Assembly (NCBI RefSeq): GCF_009834535.1
Contig: NC_045696.1
Coordinates: 64,296,001 to 64,360,000, forward strand
DNA from: Camelus ferus
Taxonomy: Eukaryota
Direction: 5' to 3'
DNA: 64,000 nucleotides
Shown: in pieces, positions 26,850 to 39,764 of the stretch
Layout: every line of letters starts with the position of its first letter
Position numbering within the stretch: the stretch's first letter is position 1
Program-made: the position numbers and the translations under genes
Notes under the pieces: model-generated
What the model was told of the DNA's origin: nothing
Seen by the model: the letters and a program-made list of their open reading frames with translations, nothing else
Databases searched by the model: none

Positions 26850-27315
26850 TCTTAACACCTCCAGCCCCATGACTGGGGGAATTTCCTGCCTTGTGAATTT
26901 TGAAGGGAAGCAAAACCAACCTTCTACTATAAGCCAACAAGACCGTATAGTAATTTTCCCAGCCTCTTTTGCAGCTAGAATATGAACACAAAATCTAGGC
27001 TGGCTGATTATGTTCACCCACATGAGAATCTAATCAGGAGCTAGTGATGCAAAGAAGTAGGGCTTGGGGAGAAGCCATTTCACTGGCGGCCGTGGCAGGC
27101 TGACCAGGGGCTGTACTCAGTGACCACAGTGAAGATGAGTTCTAGTGTCATCTGTGGTTGTCATGGCAGCACCATCCTAACCAGACTAGCTCCTCCTTTT
27201 CTTCTGGCTCTGTTTCTCCAGCTTTCCTGATAACTCCTCAATATATTTTTTTATGAATTTTCTGTGGAAATCAGACAGATTTTGTTTCTCTTGCTTAAAA
27301 CTGAAAACACTAATA
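26850..27315 (+). mobile_element. Old ERVL/MaLR-type LTR (LTR33-like)
   Basis: ttttcccagcctcttttgcagctag and 3' end ttgcttaaaactgaaaacactaata. Confidence 0.45.
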
Positions 27316-27779
27316 TGAAAACACTGCCTACACTCTAACAACACCCTTTAAACCACAAATACATTATTACTGGGGATGATTGGAGTTGATCAGAAAGAAC
27401 TGGAGTGAGCTATATTAGAAACTGGGCTGAAGAGACATTGGACATGTTGGTCTATGCTCCTCTTCCTTTTTGCCCTTTAGTGTAAACCCCTCTATTTTTG
27501 ATGATGTCCAAATTTCCTTTGTCTTAGAATATATTGCAGCCTCCACTTAGGGGACATAGTTAAAAGTGCCCTGATAATTTTGTGATCCTGGAATTTGCTG
27601 GACATTAGTGAAGCAATATGTCTTTGGCTTCAACGTGGAGAAAGCAGGCAGAATCAGCTAGGATTTTTTTCAGGGTGTGATGCCGAATGTCCACGGAACA
27701 ATCCATAGATCAAAATGAGACTCCGCAAAACAGCCATCTTCACACTGGCCTTGCCTTGAGGCCGCATCTGTAGGCTTAC

Positions 27780-27828
27780 TCTTTCACCGTGCCTTTGTCC
27801 TCAGCTGCTTGCCGTGCGATGTGGACAG
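27780..27828 (-). other. Candidate 49-nt internal exon
   Basis: Strong acceptor cccactctctccctttctctccacAG|CTG, donor AGA|GTAAGC, locally CpG-rich unique sequence. Confidence 0.5.
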
Positions 27829-28299
27829 CTGTGGAGAGAAAGGGAGAGAGTGGGACGAATCAGGAAGGAGTGTGAAAGGTGTTACCATATGGACAATGGC
27901 CTAGATAAAACTCTGTGAAAGCTTGCTCCTTGGAGCTGTGCTTGAGACGCTGAACCGCCTGCTCCCACGATGCTCAGTGGGCACTATGAGGTCAATAAAA
28001 TTTCCTAAGAATACCCAAGCTAGTTAGGCACTGGTGCCCAGGGAGTTGTCAGCTACTAAATGAGGTCCTTAGAGCTCAGGCTGAAAGGAGAGTCGGTTCG
28101 CAACGGCTGACAATGGTGCTAAAAACCAGTAGAGCAATAGATAAACATAAAGAAAACACTTGGCAAAGTCCACTGTATGTTGCTGACATGACTGAAAAAG
28201 ACTTGGAGCAATGTTATTAGATGTGGTTCGCCATAATCAACTTACTGTCCAATCACTCTGTGTAATGAAAAGAATGTTTAGTGTTCTGGCCAAGTGCAT

Positions 28300-28500
28300 A
28301 GACTTTGGAGCCTGGCTCCTGTCTCAGTCCTGGCTTGCCTCCTACTAGCTGTCTGGCCCTGAATAAATCACTGTATGTCTTGGAACCACTTTTCTCATCT
28401 ACAAAAATGTCCTTAAAAATGATCAGTTCATGGTACTTTTGAAGATTAATGAAAGAATATTTGTAAGTCACAGTACACATGCCTGACACATAGTAAGGGT
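28300..28500 (+). mobile_element. MIR SINE
   Basis: gactttggagcc...ctactagctgt...gtacacatgcctgacacatagtaag. Confidence 0.75.
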
Positions 28501-29379
28501 ACACTACTTTTTCATTCTTATTTTTTATTGAAGTGTAGTTGACTTACAACATTAGTTTCAGGAGTAAGTCTACACTAAATTACAGCCATCACTGTTATGA
28601 TGGACAGGCTCAAGGCTGGGCCCAGTTCTACAGCACCTTCTACTGGGCTGCTCTCTGCCTGGCTCTGTCCATGAGTCAGCTACAGGGATGTGCCACTCCT
28701 TTTGCTTTGTGTTTTGGCAGGGACTTCCCTTTACTATTTGGCTCTAACCTTCGCCACTGGGACACGTGCTTCCTTCATTATTAAACGTGTCCAGTCCCAG
28801 ATGGCCAGTTTCCATGCCTACATGAACTAGATTTTGTGTTGTAACAGTCCGCATTCTTGGAAACAACAAACTAAAATGTGTTGTTTTCTCACTCTGCCTT
28901 AGTGGCAGCCCTTGACCTGTTTAGTTTCTCATAAATGCCACCCGGCCCATGGTGGCAAAGCCAGAGAACCAGGAGAGGTCCAGCCTGGATGGGTTTTAGG
29001 TACTTTCTCTCCACCAGCATGGAAGGCTGCAAATTGCCCTCTTTGCTTCTGCCCTATTAACCCCACCATTAACTCAAGCATCGTAAAACTTCTAGTTTGT
29101 AAGGTACACTGCAAATGTCAGCTGATATGCAAATCAACTGTCTGGTTTACTCTCTACTGCTTTTTTTTTTTGATGTCACCTCCAACCGACCCCAAACTTG
29201 GCATCTTTGGCTCCTTTGGGTTTGTTTTCTCTAACACTTAGCTCTCTGACTCCTTGTATTGACTCCATCTTGGCTCACTCTCCTGGCCCCAGAATTTCTA
29301 TTAGGTAAAAAAAAAATCCCTGTTCTAGCTTCACAGGAAACATAATCCCTGCCTTAAGCCACTCTTTAGGTGGGCATGT

Positions 29380-29580
29380 GGCTGTAAAGCAGACCATTCC
29401 AGGAATCAGCTTATATGGATTCAAGTCCTATATTTTGCACTTTCCAGCTCTATGACCTTGGCCATGTGGCTTAATCCATTTGAGTCTCCATATTTCCTCT
29501 GAAAGTTGGTGTTGATATTGCTAAAGCTCTAACATGAGGATCAAATGAGATACATAAACTGAAAAAGTGCTTTGTAAACT
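29380..29580 (+). mobile_element. MIR SINE
   Basis: ggattcaagtcct...tgaccttggccatgtggcttaa...aaagtgctttgtaaact. Confidence 0.75.
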
Positions 29581-31074
29581 CCAAGGGAATTGTTATCTAT
29601 TCAACAGTAAAATAAAAAATGGCTTTTAAAAAAGGGTCAGAAGATAATAAGAAAAGCTATAATCTCCCTTGTCCAAATAAAGACCTATTTTTTCTTAAAA
29701 TACATTTCTTGAGTTGGACTTTAATGCCAGACTCTTAAAGCAAATAGAAGCAACAATCTCTAGGCTCAGAAAAAGAATTTGTGCCACTTTTGTTCTTTGG
29801 CATTATTTATGATGAGCTTTCCAGCTTCTAGGACTTGAATGTTTCTTAACATGAAAATTGTAAATCTTTGAAAATTAGACTTTGACTATTTCTGCATATA
29901 AAACACATTTATTATTTTAATTAAGAAAACATGTTTATACATAAGTCTTTCTTTGGTCATGTCCCTGATGACACAAAGCGGAGAGCTGTTCACTTCCTTG
30001 AGCTGGGGTAACGGGCAAGTGTAGTTTCCCATGAAATGAGAGATTGCTTGGCCTTGGTAAAAAGTGACAGAGTGGGTCACCTCATGCCAGGCAAATTTAT
30101 GCCAGAGCTGAATCAAAGACATAGTTTTCCATCTGCAAGGGGGGATGCTTGACAGGTGCGGAGCAACTTCTGTTCATTCAGGACTGCATCTGACGTCTGG
30201 ATTGCCAGAGAAGGACCTGTGATCACATTCACAAAGTGCTTAGTTCCTTCTGGAACTAAAAAGAGAGAGATTTTAGTATTAATAGCTGAGTTCTCTAGAA
30301 GACATACTTCTTCTCAAAGACTAAGGAAAGCATTGATTCAACTGAGAATCAAAATGTTTTCTAATTATCCTATTTGACAGGAAAACAGAGAACAATTAAG
30401 GGATTGATCCAGTTACACGGTATGCACACTCCCACCAGTTCCATAGCTAACTTGACATTTGCTGCTCAGTCCCAGAGCCTTTGTTGTCTCCAAAACCCTT
30501 TTACACATCTCTTCAGGCAATTTGATTTATCATAAATTGTACTGTTGCCAACATTTCCCTGAACATTTGCCTTTTTTTCCACTATGAAATTAACTCAGAC
30601 GTAACAAACGCACGCTTGAGCCAGCGCTGCTCTGTATGTGTGTGTGTGTAGACTAAGAAGTGAGTCTGTCACTCTGGGATGTCATCTCCATGCACTTGTG
30701 GGGCATTCTGTGTATCCTCAATCGGGACAACAGAGAACAGGGTGTGGGATACTTTGGTCACAGGTTTCAGAGGCTTCAGAGGGCTGGCCAATCAGCTCTA
30801 TCTCCCATGCCCACCCCATCAATTGATGGTAGCTGCTGGAAGGTTATGATGGGGACTTTGAGATTAGGTCCAGACTCAGCAGAAAAAAGTGTTGTGATAT
30901 ATTAGCAATGCCAGCTGTGGGCACAGGAAGAAGAAAAGTGGCACCTGTATCATGTATGTATCTTCCCAGTGAGTGCTCGGGGACTTGAGTGTTGCAAACC
31001 TGTCTACCAAGAGGAGTAGCATCATAACTCCTTGTGTCAGAGGGCTCAGAGACAGAGGAGGACAGGATTTAAAA

Positions 31075-31295
31075 TGTGGAACATTTATATAGCACTTTGC
31101 CCTTTACAAAGAGTTTTCTCCACACGGGGTCTTACTTAATTCCTCCATCTGAGGCAGGTATCAATTTTATTTCCATTTTGCAGCAGAAGAATTATAAGCA
31201 AAGAGAATGTAAAATGGTTAGCCCAAGGTCCTACATGAATCAGAAATGGCAAAGTCAGTACCCAAGCCCAGACTTTCTGATTCCCAGCCCTGGGC
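31075..31295 (-). mobile_element. MIR SINE
   Basis: acatttatatagcactt...ccattttgcag...gcccaaggtc. Confidence 0.7.
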
Positions 31296-31949
31296 TGGAG
31301 GGTTGTGAATCCATCAAGCGCTAGGTTTCCCCTAGAGTCAAAGGGCGGACCTGAGGGTTTGGATTGGATCTGTGCCATCTCTGAGGAAGCCCTGGAACTC
31401 AGCGGAGAAGTGCAGCATGCCTACTCAGATCAAGTATAGATGCCCTCATCCCCTTCTTTCCTCCCAAACAGTTTTCTTTGTGAAAGCATTAGAGCGGCTG
31501 TCATTACACAGAGCTAGAAGAGGCCAGGACTTGTCGCTAAATAAAATACAATGTGCTTTATTTGAAATGGCTCTTCCTGCTTCATTGGTAAACTGATGTT
31601 AATCCAACTGCTCAGTCTAATTTCTGTAAGCAACATTGATGCATTTTTCACCTGTCTTTTGCAGCATGAAAATGGGGTGGCTGTTTTGGGAAGAATTATC
31701 TTCTTCCTTGAGGGCAAAATCCTGAATTCCTTTCTTTGGATTCTTGCCAAAGTTTCTAATTAGGACATTCAAATATACTTATGCAAATGAAGGCATGGTT
31801 CACAGAATTTTGATGCTTTGGGGAAGAGTTTGGATAAAATAAACTCCCTCTATGATTTCTCACTAATGCCACCCAAAGTCTTGCTTTTTTTAAATACAAA
31901 AGGTGTTAAGAACCTCCTCATCCTCCTAGTTTAGGATCGTATGTTGGAG

Positions 31950-33010
31950 AATGACAGTAACTTCCATGAGCGATGAGTCAGTGTGCACAGAGATTCTGTC
32001 AACATTAGATCTGAGTCTCCAGACAACCTGTGAGATCAATACCATTTTCCTCCTTTTACAGATGAGAAAACCAATGTACGGAGAAGCAAAGGAGTGGCTT
32101 GCCCTACTCTGGACTACTGAAGAGCAGTCAAGGCAAAATGAAATCCGAGTATTCTTTTATTCCTTACCTTCTGCTCTTTTCCCTCTAGTACCCTCTTGAG
32201 AGAAGTGAATGCACATATGCATATACACGTGCATTGTACTTCCCAGTTGATGAATGCCTTTCATCAAATATTTCAGCTCAAACATTTATTGAATATACTG
32301 CTTTAACTCAGATATTTCTTTTCATTTATTATGTGCTGGCCAGGCATAATTCCAAGGACAAGCGATATAAGGTCCTGGCTCTATTATTGTTTATATTATT
32401 GATTGGAGGGAGACAACTAGTGAACAAGTAAGCGAACAAGTAAGCAAACAAGTCTGTCAGATAAACTCAAATAGTGATCATTGTTCTCAAGAAACTACAA
32501 CAGAGTGACATGCTAGGACGTGACCAGCTGGTGGTAGGATGCAGAGCATAGGTGTAAAACATTTGACGGCGTGGAGAGAGAGAATGTCTTTGAAAAAGAT
32601 GTCGTATGAGCTGAGACCTGGATGGCGAGGAACAAGCAAGGAATGTCAAGGAGATTACTGCAGCCCTGATGTGGGGGAGATACTGACACTGGGCAAGAGA
32701 GAGAAGAGAAGGACCACATTGCAACGTAATGAGCAAGCGGAGAGAAGCAGAAGGTACTGAAGACATAGGCAGGGGCTAGATCAAAAGGAGGTTTTTAGGC
32801 CACTGTGCCAGGATTATATTCTAACTGCTATGGGATAACTGTGCCAGGTTTTAAGATATTTTGTTTCCCATGGTAATGAGTGAGGTAGGTGTTATTCCCT
32901 GTTTTACAAATCAGAAAACATGGAGATGTTTGCAGATTTGCAAAGGCTACTCAACCAAGAAGCAGCAAGATTCCAGTCTTCAGGGTCCTAGTCTAGGCTT
33001 ATTTCTCTAT
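31950..33010 (-). mobile_element. MIR, L2 (32270-32860) and MIR fragments
   Basis: ttttacagatgagaaaac; aaacatttattgaata...tatgtgctggccaggcat; gttttacaaatcagaaaac. Confidence 0.65.
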
Positions 33011-34569
33011 CTACTGAAGGCGGGACTGGAAATGAGCACACCAAGGAGGAAACAGTGCAGCGACAGGTGACCGTGACTCTTCCGTGAGTGTGACAGAAGA
33101 GTTCCCTAGGGCAGACCAGAAACTCCACTAATCCTGGGAAGTCCTACAACTATCTGGGTCCATCTGAAAGGAGATGCTAAATCTCTGGGGGCCCTTGGCT
33201 CAGGCTTAAGACAAATATTCTATTGAAGTTACTGCTGAATATTTAGTATTATTGAATTTCTCCTGACGTCTAATTTGCTTGACAGATTGCTTTGCGAAAG
33301 TAGCCAGTGAATAAGACTAGGGGATGAGGACCCATCACAATCATCAAGACATAAGCTTTGCGCCCCTTCTCTTTCCACCTTAGCCTCCCACTCCATCTCG
33401 CTGATTGATAGATGGTGACCCGTGAATGCATGTGGCTAAGACGGAAATAGTCCTTCCAGCATGTTCTAAAATCTAGCTCATTCATACATCGCTCGTAAGA
33501 CAACTACAGTCAAACTTTCTCCTCTCCTCATCCTCTCTAAGGCCAATTTCGTGGGATTAGTTAGCCATTCACTCGTTGGGTGTCTGCTGCGCAGTGGCAT
33601 GGGCTCTCCGTGAGGTGCTGGGAATGCCAGTATCACATGGTCTGGGATTTTAAGGCTCTCACAGCCCAGTGGTCTCATATCTCCCAGGTCTGCCTCCCCT
33701 TGTGACAGCTTTGGTCTCCGTTATTCTTTAGCCTTTACTGTTCCCTTTAACCTGGTTCCATCTGTGCAAAAGCATTGCAGGTAAAACAGGAAAGTATGGC
33801 TTGGGCTTTGCTCCACCCCACTAAGAATATTACTAGTCACCATTCAGACTTTTTGATCCTCAGAGGCCTCAGGGAAAGGAGACAGATATGGTCCCCTAAT
33901 TGTCCAATTTCTGTGTGTTAAAGAACGGGCTGTACTTATTTTCTTCCATTATTTTCCCCTAACGGTCCCCATACCTTCACTTTCAAAAATTTTTCCTCCG
34001 AAATTGGCTTCCCTCCTCTTTCTCACCTAACCTGCTTCCTAGCACTCGGGGGCTCTTGTCCAGAAGAGGGTGAGATCACCTTTGCACTTAGAATTCCTCT
34101 CTTCTTTGCAATTAATTATGATTCATTGGTCTTTTGACTGCTTAGCTTTGTCTCCTGAATGAGAAAGCCAGAGTCCTTGATCCCTCTCCAACAAAATTGA
34201 TACTGTGGGTATTTTTATTGCATTATGTGGTTTAAGAAAGGACTCAGGAGAAGCTCTTAAAAATGGCTAATAATGGATTCTAGCTGAATGGGAGAAACCC
34301 GTGACCAGCGAGGACCGATCGTGACTGTTCCCTTTTCCATGCTTTTGTCATTATGTTTTGCTAATACTCAGACTCAAAAACAGAGGAGTCTACCATAAGA
34401 AACTGCTGAAGGGGCATCCCTTTGGGGAATGTGGAGCTGTGAGGTGGGAAATCGGTATTTTTTTTATTACCATTATGTCAGTATTGTTTCATTTTTGTTT
34501 TAACTCGTGCATGGATTACTTTGGTAAATACAAAATTTAATAATAGCAATTTAAGAGTAAAAAACAGAA

Positions 34570-34912
34570 AAACAGAAGAGACACAAATGAACTTATTTAC
34601 AAAACAGAAACAGATTCACAGACATTAGAAAACAAACTTATGGTTACCAGGAGTGGAAGAGGGTGGGAGAGATAAATTGGGAGCTCAGGATTTGCAGTTA
34701 CTAACTACTCTGTATAAAATAGATAAACAACAAGTTCATACTTATAGCACAAGGATTATAGTCAATATCTTGTAGTAACCTCTAATGAAAAAGAATATGA
34801 GGAATATGAAAAGGAATCTATGTACGTGTATCTATGACTGAAACATATGCTATACACCAGAAACTGACACAACATTGTAAACTGACTATATGTCAATAAA
34901 AAGAAAAGAAAA
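34570..34912 (+). mobile_element. Relatively young L1 3' end, camelid-like
   Basis: aaacagaaacagattcacagacat...tatgctatacaccagaaactgacacaacattgtaaactgactata...caataaaa; A-rich tail. Confidence 0.85.
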
Positions 34913-35469
34913 ATGGAAGCGACGGATAGACTGCTTGGTAATGGAGATGTTGAAGAGGCAAACTCCAACAGTCAGCTGCACCAGAAAATGCAGATTTTTT
35001 GTCCCTGAATGCCTTTGTTTTTAGGCTGTCTCTCCTTTTTCTTAACATGGTTATTTCAGTCCAGTCCAGCAAATGGGCTGGGGAGGCTGGGGGTGTAGGT
35101 GGTCAACTTAAGTTTTATGGGGAGCACAGAAGTTTGGAGTAAGACAAAAATCTCACTCAAATTCACTGTGATGCTCATGCTGAAACCCAAGTCTGGGTGC
35201 CCAGACAGCAGTGGAAGCCCAACCCCAGGAATGCATGTAGCTGGACAGAGCTATGAGGAAATGCCCACGAGTATTTAGGTCATCTGACGATGGTCCAGCT
35301 GTAGCACTGTGGAGTTTTTTGACGGCCTATTGATAATTTAAGAGACTGGCCTTTGTTCTCAAAGTGCCTTTGTGGCCTTGGCATCTATATTTCCGTAGAG
35401 ACGTGAGTCCAGTAACCTTAGCCATCTATGTGTCAGTGGTCACTCCTTGGCATTGCCAAGGAGTTAGTT

Positions 35470-35690
35470 ACCTGGGCTTTGGATCAGACAAACCTGCATT
35501 CAAGTCCCAGCTCTGCCACTGACCAGCTGTGTGGCCTCAGGCATTTTACCTAATCTCTGTAAACCTTGGTTTCCCCAACCATAAAATGATTCTCACAGCC
35601 ATCTTTACCATGGAGATTTGGGGAATGAAAATGAGATAAGTCATGTCACACGTTCCACTGCAGTGCTTCATAAATGTTAGCACCAAGCAC
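35470..35690 (+). mobile_element. MIR SINE
   Basis: gggctttggatcagacaaacctgcattcaagtcccagctctgccactgaccagctgtgtggcctcagg. Confidence 0.85.
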
Positions 35691-37079
35691 TGGCTTTCCT
35701 GTGACCCCAGTCCCTTGGTCCTTCCCATGTCTAGTCCAGTTAGATGGTCCTGACCAGACAGGGCACTCTTCCAACTTTCTCTGCCTCTATTAAACACGTG
35801 CTGATTATAACGGTGACCAGAGAGATGATGCGGCCAATATCTGCAGTGGGACGGTCTCATGGAAAGGGCAGCAAATCTCCCTCTGCAGGAAACGTGGTGC
35901 TAAGCACTGTAGTACTTCTACAAGCCATCCTGAGCCCTCATACTCACATGGGGAATAGAAATGCTGGTTTTCCTGAATTTGTTAGCCATGAAACCACTTC
36001 TGGGATTTATGAGGCTGAAACTCATGCTGCCTGGGAAAGAAAAGCCTGTGTTGTCTTTGAGAGTGTTGATGTTATGCCCCATGGGATTCCCAAGAGGACT
36101 GAAAGGGACCAGCTGGCTTCTGAGTGGCAGAATACCTGCAACAACACCCCCGCCCCCCATTACGTTCATACACTGCATGTCCTCCCTTCTCCAGAAGGTC
36201 ATGGACACATGCATTCACTCCGCATAGGGACCTCTCAACCATGGTTTGCCTTGAAACCATAGAGATCCTGACTTTGTCTGGTTCCATATCTCCTCCTTGT
36301 TTTTCCTTCCCAAGTTTGTCAAGCCTCACTGCTGATCACTGCAGGTTTTCCTTAATGACTCAGTGCTTTTGTGGACACGCAATTCTGGAATGTCTCAGCA
36401 GCTTTTCCTGCCCCAGTGGGCGGTCTTCCTGCTATTCCACCTTCTCTCTACTCAGGCAGCCAACGTCGGGGGAAGGTGTGTCACCAAAGCTCCTCCTAAC
36501 TGTCCCAGCCCCGCCCAGAAACAAACCTCATTTCCTTTCATTTCCAGTCTGCCGCACCCTCAGAACATCCCAACAGCAGATATTATTTATGTATGACGTT
36601 CCTCATTGATGGGTTTTATATCGTTTTATTCCCTTTGTAAATTAAGTATCTGTTCCCACGTATCTCCAAGTTCTCCAGCTTTCTGGGGTGGCTCTTTTTG
36701 TGCCTAGAAATGCCCAACCTCCATTCCGTTTTCTCTGAAAGCCCAGGGCATCCCACCAAAATTCTTACAGTCGGAGGGGTTTTGTTTTTCTCAGCATTCT
36801 TGGGATGCTTTCTCTTTTTCATCTCTTTGGATTTCTTCTGCTGAATTCTCGATTCTTCATTTTATCTCACTCTGGCAATCAGCCATCTCCTTTTTATACC
36901 ACTTTGCCCTGTCATCACAAATTCAAGCTATTGTGTATATCAAATTTTTTACAGAAAATCTGAAGCAACCTAAGATTCTTACAGCAAACACAAAACAGGT
37001 CAAGTCAGAAAAGGCTTGACTATACTAAAATGTTTTCTTATTTTCTCACCAGGATATATCTCTACAATGATATTCTAAA

Positions 37080-37300
37080 ATAGTAGCTCACAGGCCAACT
37101 ATACTCCACAGACATATTTTGTCAGCCAGCACAGTAGTGAAATAAATTTTTAATAAGTTTTCAATATTTTAAAATGAAGAGCTTTTCCCCAGATTTCTGG
37201 CTTTTCTTGATATCCTGGAAGATCTAATGGTGCTTGACCTCCACGTATGCATGGCATTGACTGCCTGAACAGAGCAGCCCTGCCCTTGCCCAGGCCCTGC
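37080..37300. mobile_element. hAT-Charlie-type fragment (MER58-like)
   Basis: cagatttctggcttttcttga...ggaagatct. Confidence 0.4.
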
Positions 37301-38619
37301 CCTCCACACTACTGTCACTCCTTCCCGCATCAGCTCACGCAGCTGTACGACCAGCGTGGAGTCTGCGTGGCTTGTCAGTTTCACTCTCCATTTCTTTCTC
37401 TCCTTTTCCAAGGGCCCAGTCTCCTTCCCTGATAAACCACTCTGGCATCCTTGTCTTTTAGTTTACAGAGCCTGCAATTCTCTTTGAGGCAACCCTAAGC
37501 ATCTAAAATAGCACTGCCACCCTATCCTTTCACAACCAAAAGAGCCTATTGAGACCTTAAAGACATTTCCCCGATAGAATTGATCCACCCTGATGGAAAC
37601 TGTGCCACTCTTGTGGAGGCCAGAAAGTAGCTGTGGTCATTTGGTTTATAAAGTGCTCCCAAATCATATGGCTCATAAGCGGCAAAGCCAAGATTCCAAT
37701 CCAGTCCTAACTAACTCCCAGCTCAGTACCTCCCCACTCCCTCTAATCCACTTGGATGGAGTCCATAAACCAGGAGAGCTTCATTATGGGAGGCGGATTC
37801 AGAAAAGAGGTGGAGAAGGAAGCATCTGCCAGCCAGGATTCCTGGGCACTTATGGGCCTCGGATGCTTCTCCCTTTAGCCTGGAAGTAGACGACCTGTCG
37901 CTGCTCATTTCTACAAAGACGTAGGCTTTCTCTGGTGACTTTAAATCACAGAACAATTCGAGATGCTGAGGAGCCCCAGAGATCACCTAGTACAACAACC
38001 CAATTTTAAAGATGAGAAAAGTGAGATCACTCCTCTTTCTGAGCTCAACATTTATTTTAAACAGAGCATGCTCATTTTGCCTGTATGCAAATTACTGGAC
38101 AAGGTGCAGTAGGTATTTTGTCATAAATCTTTGAGTAGATAATTTTGAAGATGGATTTGAATAATGGTAGAAAATGCAGCAAAACAGCTTAGATGACAAT
38201 AACAGAAAGTACACGGGAAACAATTTTATTGTTTGGTGAGCTGTAAAGAAAGCACTTTTCTATCTCTTAAAGTGCTGTCAGGCATTAACTTATTAATCCT
38301 CGAAGTAGTGCAGAAATTTTGTTCAGAAACATCTACTCTCCTAAGGCTACTGAAGGCCAAGAAAAAGAAAGAAACAGTATCACTGTGAACATCTAGAGCT
38401 GAGAAATAACTAAGCAGATTAACAAAAGAGAGCATGGATGGGTTTAACCCACCTTGGTGGGAGAACAAACAAATGAAACAGAAGAAGACAGCGAAGATCT
38501 CGTCTCAGTCTGCACCCACCATGACTTAGAGTTATTCCGAGCCCAGAGCTCTTGAGGAGACTGCAACAGAACTTCTGTCTTTAGCTGTGATGGAGGGCCA
38601 GTTGTCTGGCACCCCTATC

Positions 38620-38811
38620 TAGGGTTTCCAGATTTAGCAAATAAAAATACAGGACACCGAATTAAGCTTGAATTTTAGACAAACCTAAAATAACTTTTAG
38701 TTAGAAATATGTCCCAGAAAATTCTTGGGGCATAGTACTACTAAAATATTATCCACTGTTACCTGCAGTTCAGACTTAACTGGGCATCCTGTGCTTTATG
38801 TGACTACCCCA
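38620..38811. mobile_element. MER53 palindromic hAT MITE
   Basis: tagggtttccagatttagcaaataaaaatacaggacac...tatgtccca...ttggggcata...ttaactgggcatcctgtgctttat. Confidence 0.8.
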
Positions 38812-39764
38812 TTCCCAACCCCAGTCCATCAAGGAACAATACCTGAAACCATGAAATGACTACATGTGACTGGAAGCAGCTCATACCCACGTGACTCCCC
38901 AGTGGGTTGGACAACTGGTCTGTACTCTCTTTTTATTGAGATGAGTCAACCAATCACATGCCTGCTTGTCAGAGCAATGGCAAATTACTGTAAAAGATTC
39001 TAAATGCTTATTCTTAACCTCTGTACCTACACATTGAGGACTAGGAACAAATACTTGGTCTACTGGCCATGGTCTGTGGCGCATACTTTGAGCAGCATTG
39101 AGCAGGAAATGTAGAAGCTCCATCGGCTTCCAGCCCCAGCTCTTGCCAGGTGAGCAGTCTGGTGAAGGTATGCATCTCCCCCAGTCTGATCGCCTCGAAA
39201 GTAACAATGACAGTAATTGTGCCTAATGTTGGGTTACTCCATATTCACACTCAAGAACCCCATAAATTTCAGACAATAGCGCTGAAAGAATGCCTCCATG
39301 TCCTCCAAAACATCACAGAGACAGAAAGAAAGGAAAATTTAAATATTTGAGTTTATAGAGAAACATCAATGTAGTAGTTACGAGAAAATTCAGAATTTCT
39401 TAGAATTCTAACCTAGAACTTGTACAGCACCTATCATACTGCTTGTTAATATTTTCACACTGAAGGCCACATGAGGATGGGGGAGTGGATGAATACCTTA
39501 GTCTTTGAGAGCGTAGTGATTTTAAAGATTTAAACTGGCCCCAATTATGGTTTTTTGCATACTTTACATAATTGTTGTTAAGATTCAAAAAATTGTGTGA
39601 AATGTTAAGTACTAAGCAGTGTTCATTCCTTCTAGGCCAAATGTTGGCTAGTTAAAATTTGGCTTTTAAAAGAAAAAGATAAATGCCAGTCTTTGCCACT
39701 TAATCTGGCACATTTTGTATATAGATGTACAGTCATTTACATACACACACACACACACAGATAC

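Noticed and set aside
30081..30132. Minus-strand 52-nt exon candidate
   Set aside because: Donor GAG|GTGACC is weak; not distinguishable from chance
35744..36609. Overlapping 172-aa and 161-aa ORFs
   Set aside because: Open in several frames on both strands in locally GC-richer DNA, with no homology or exon structure
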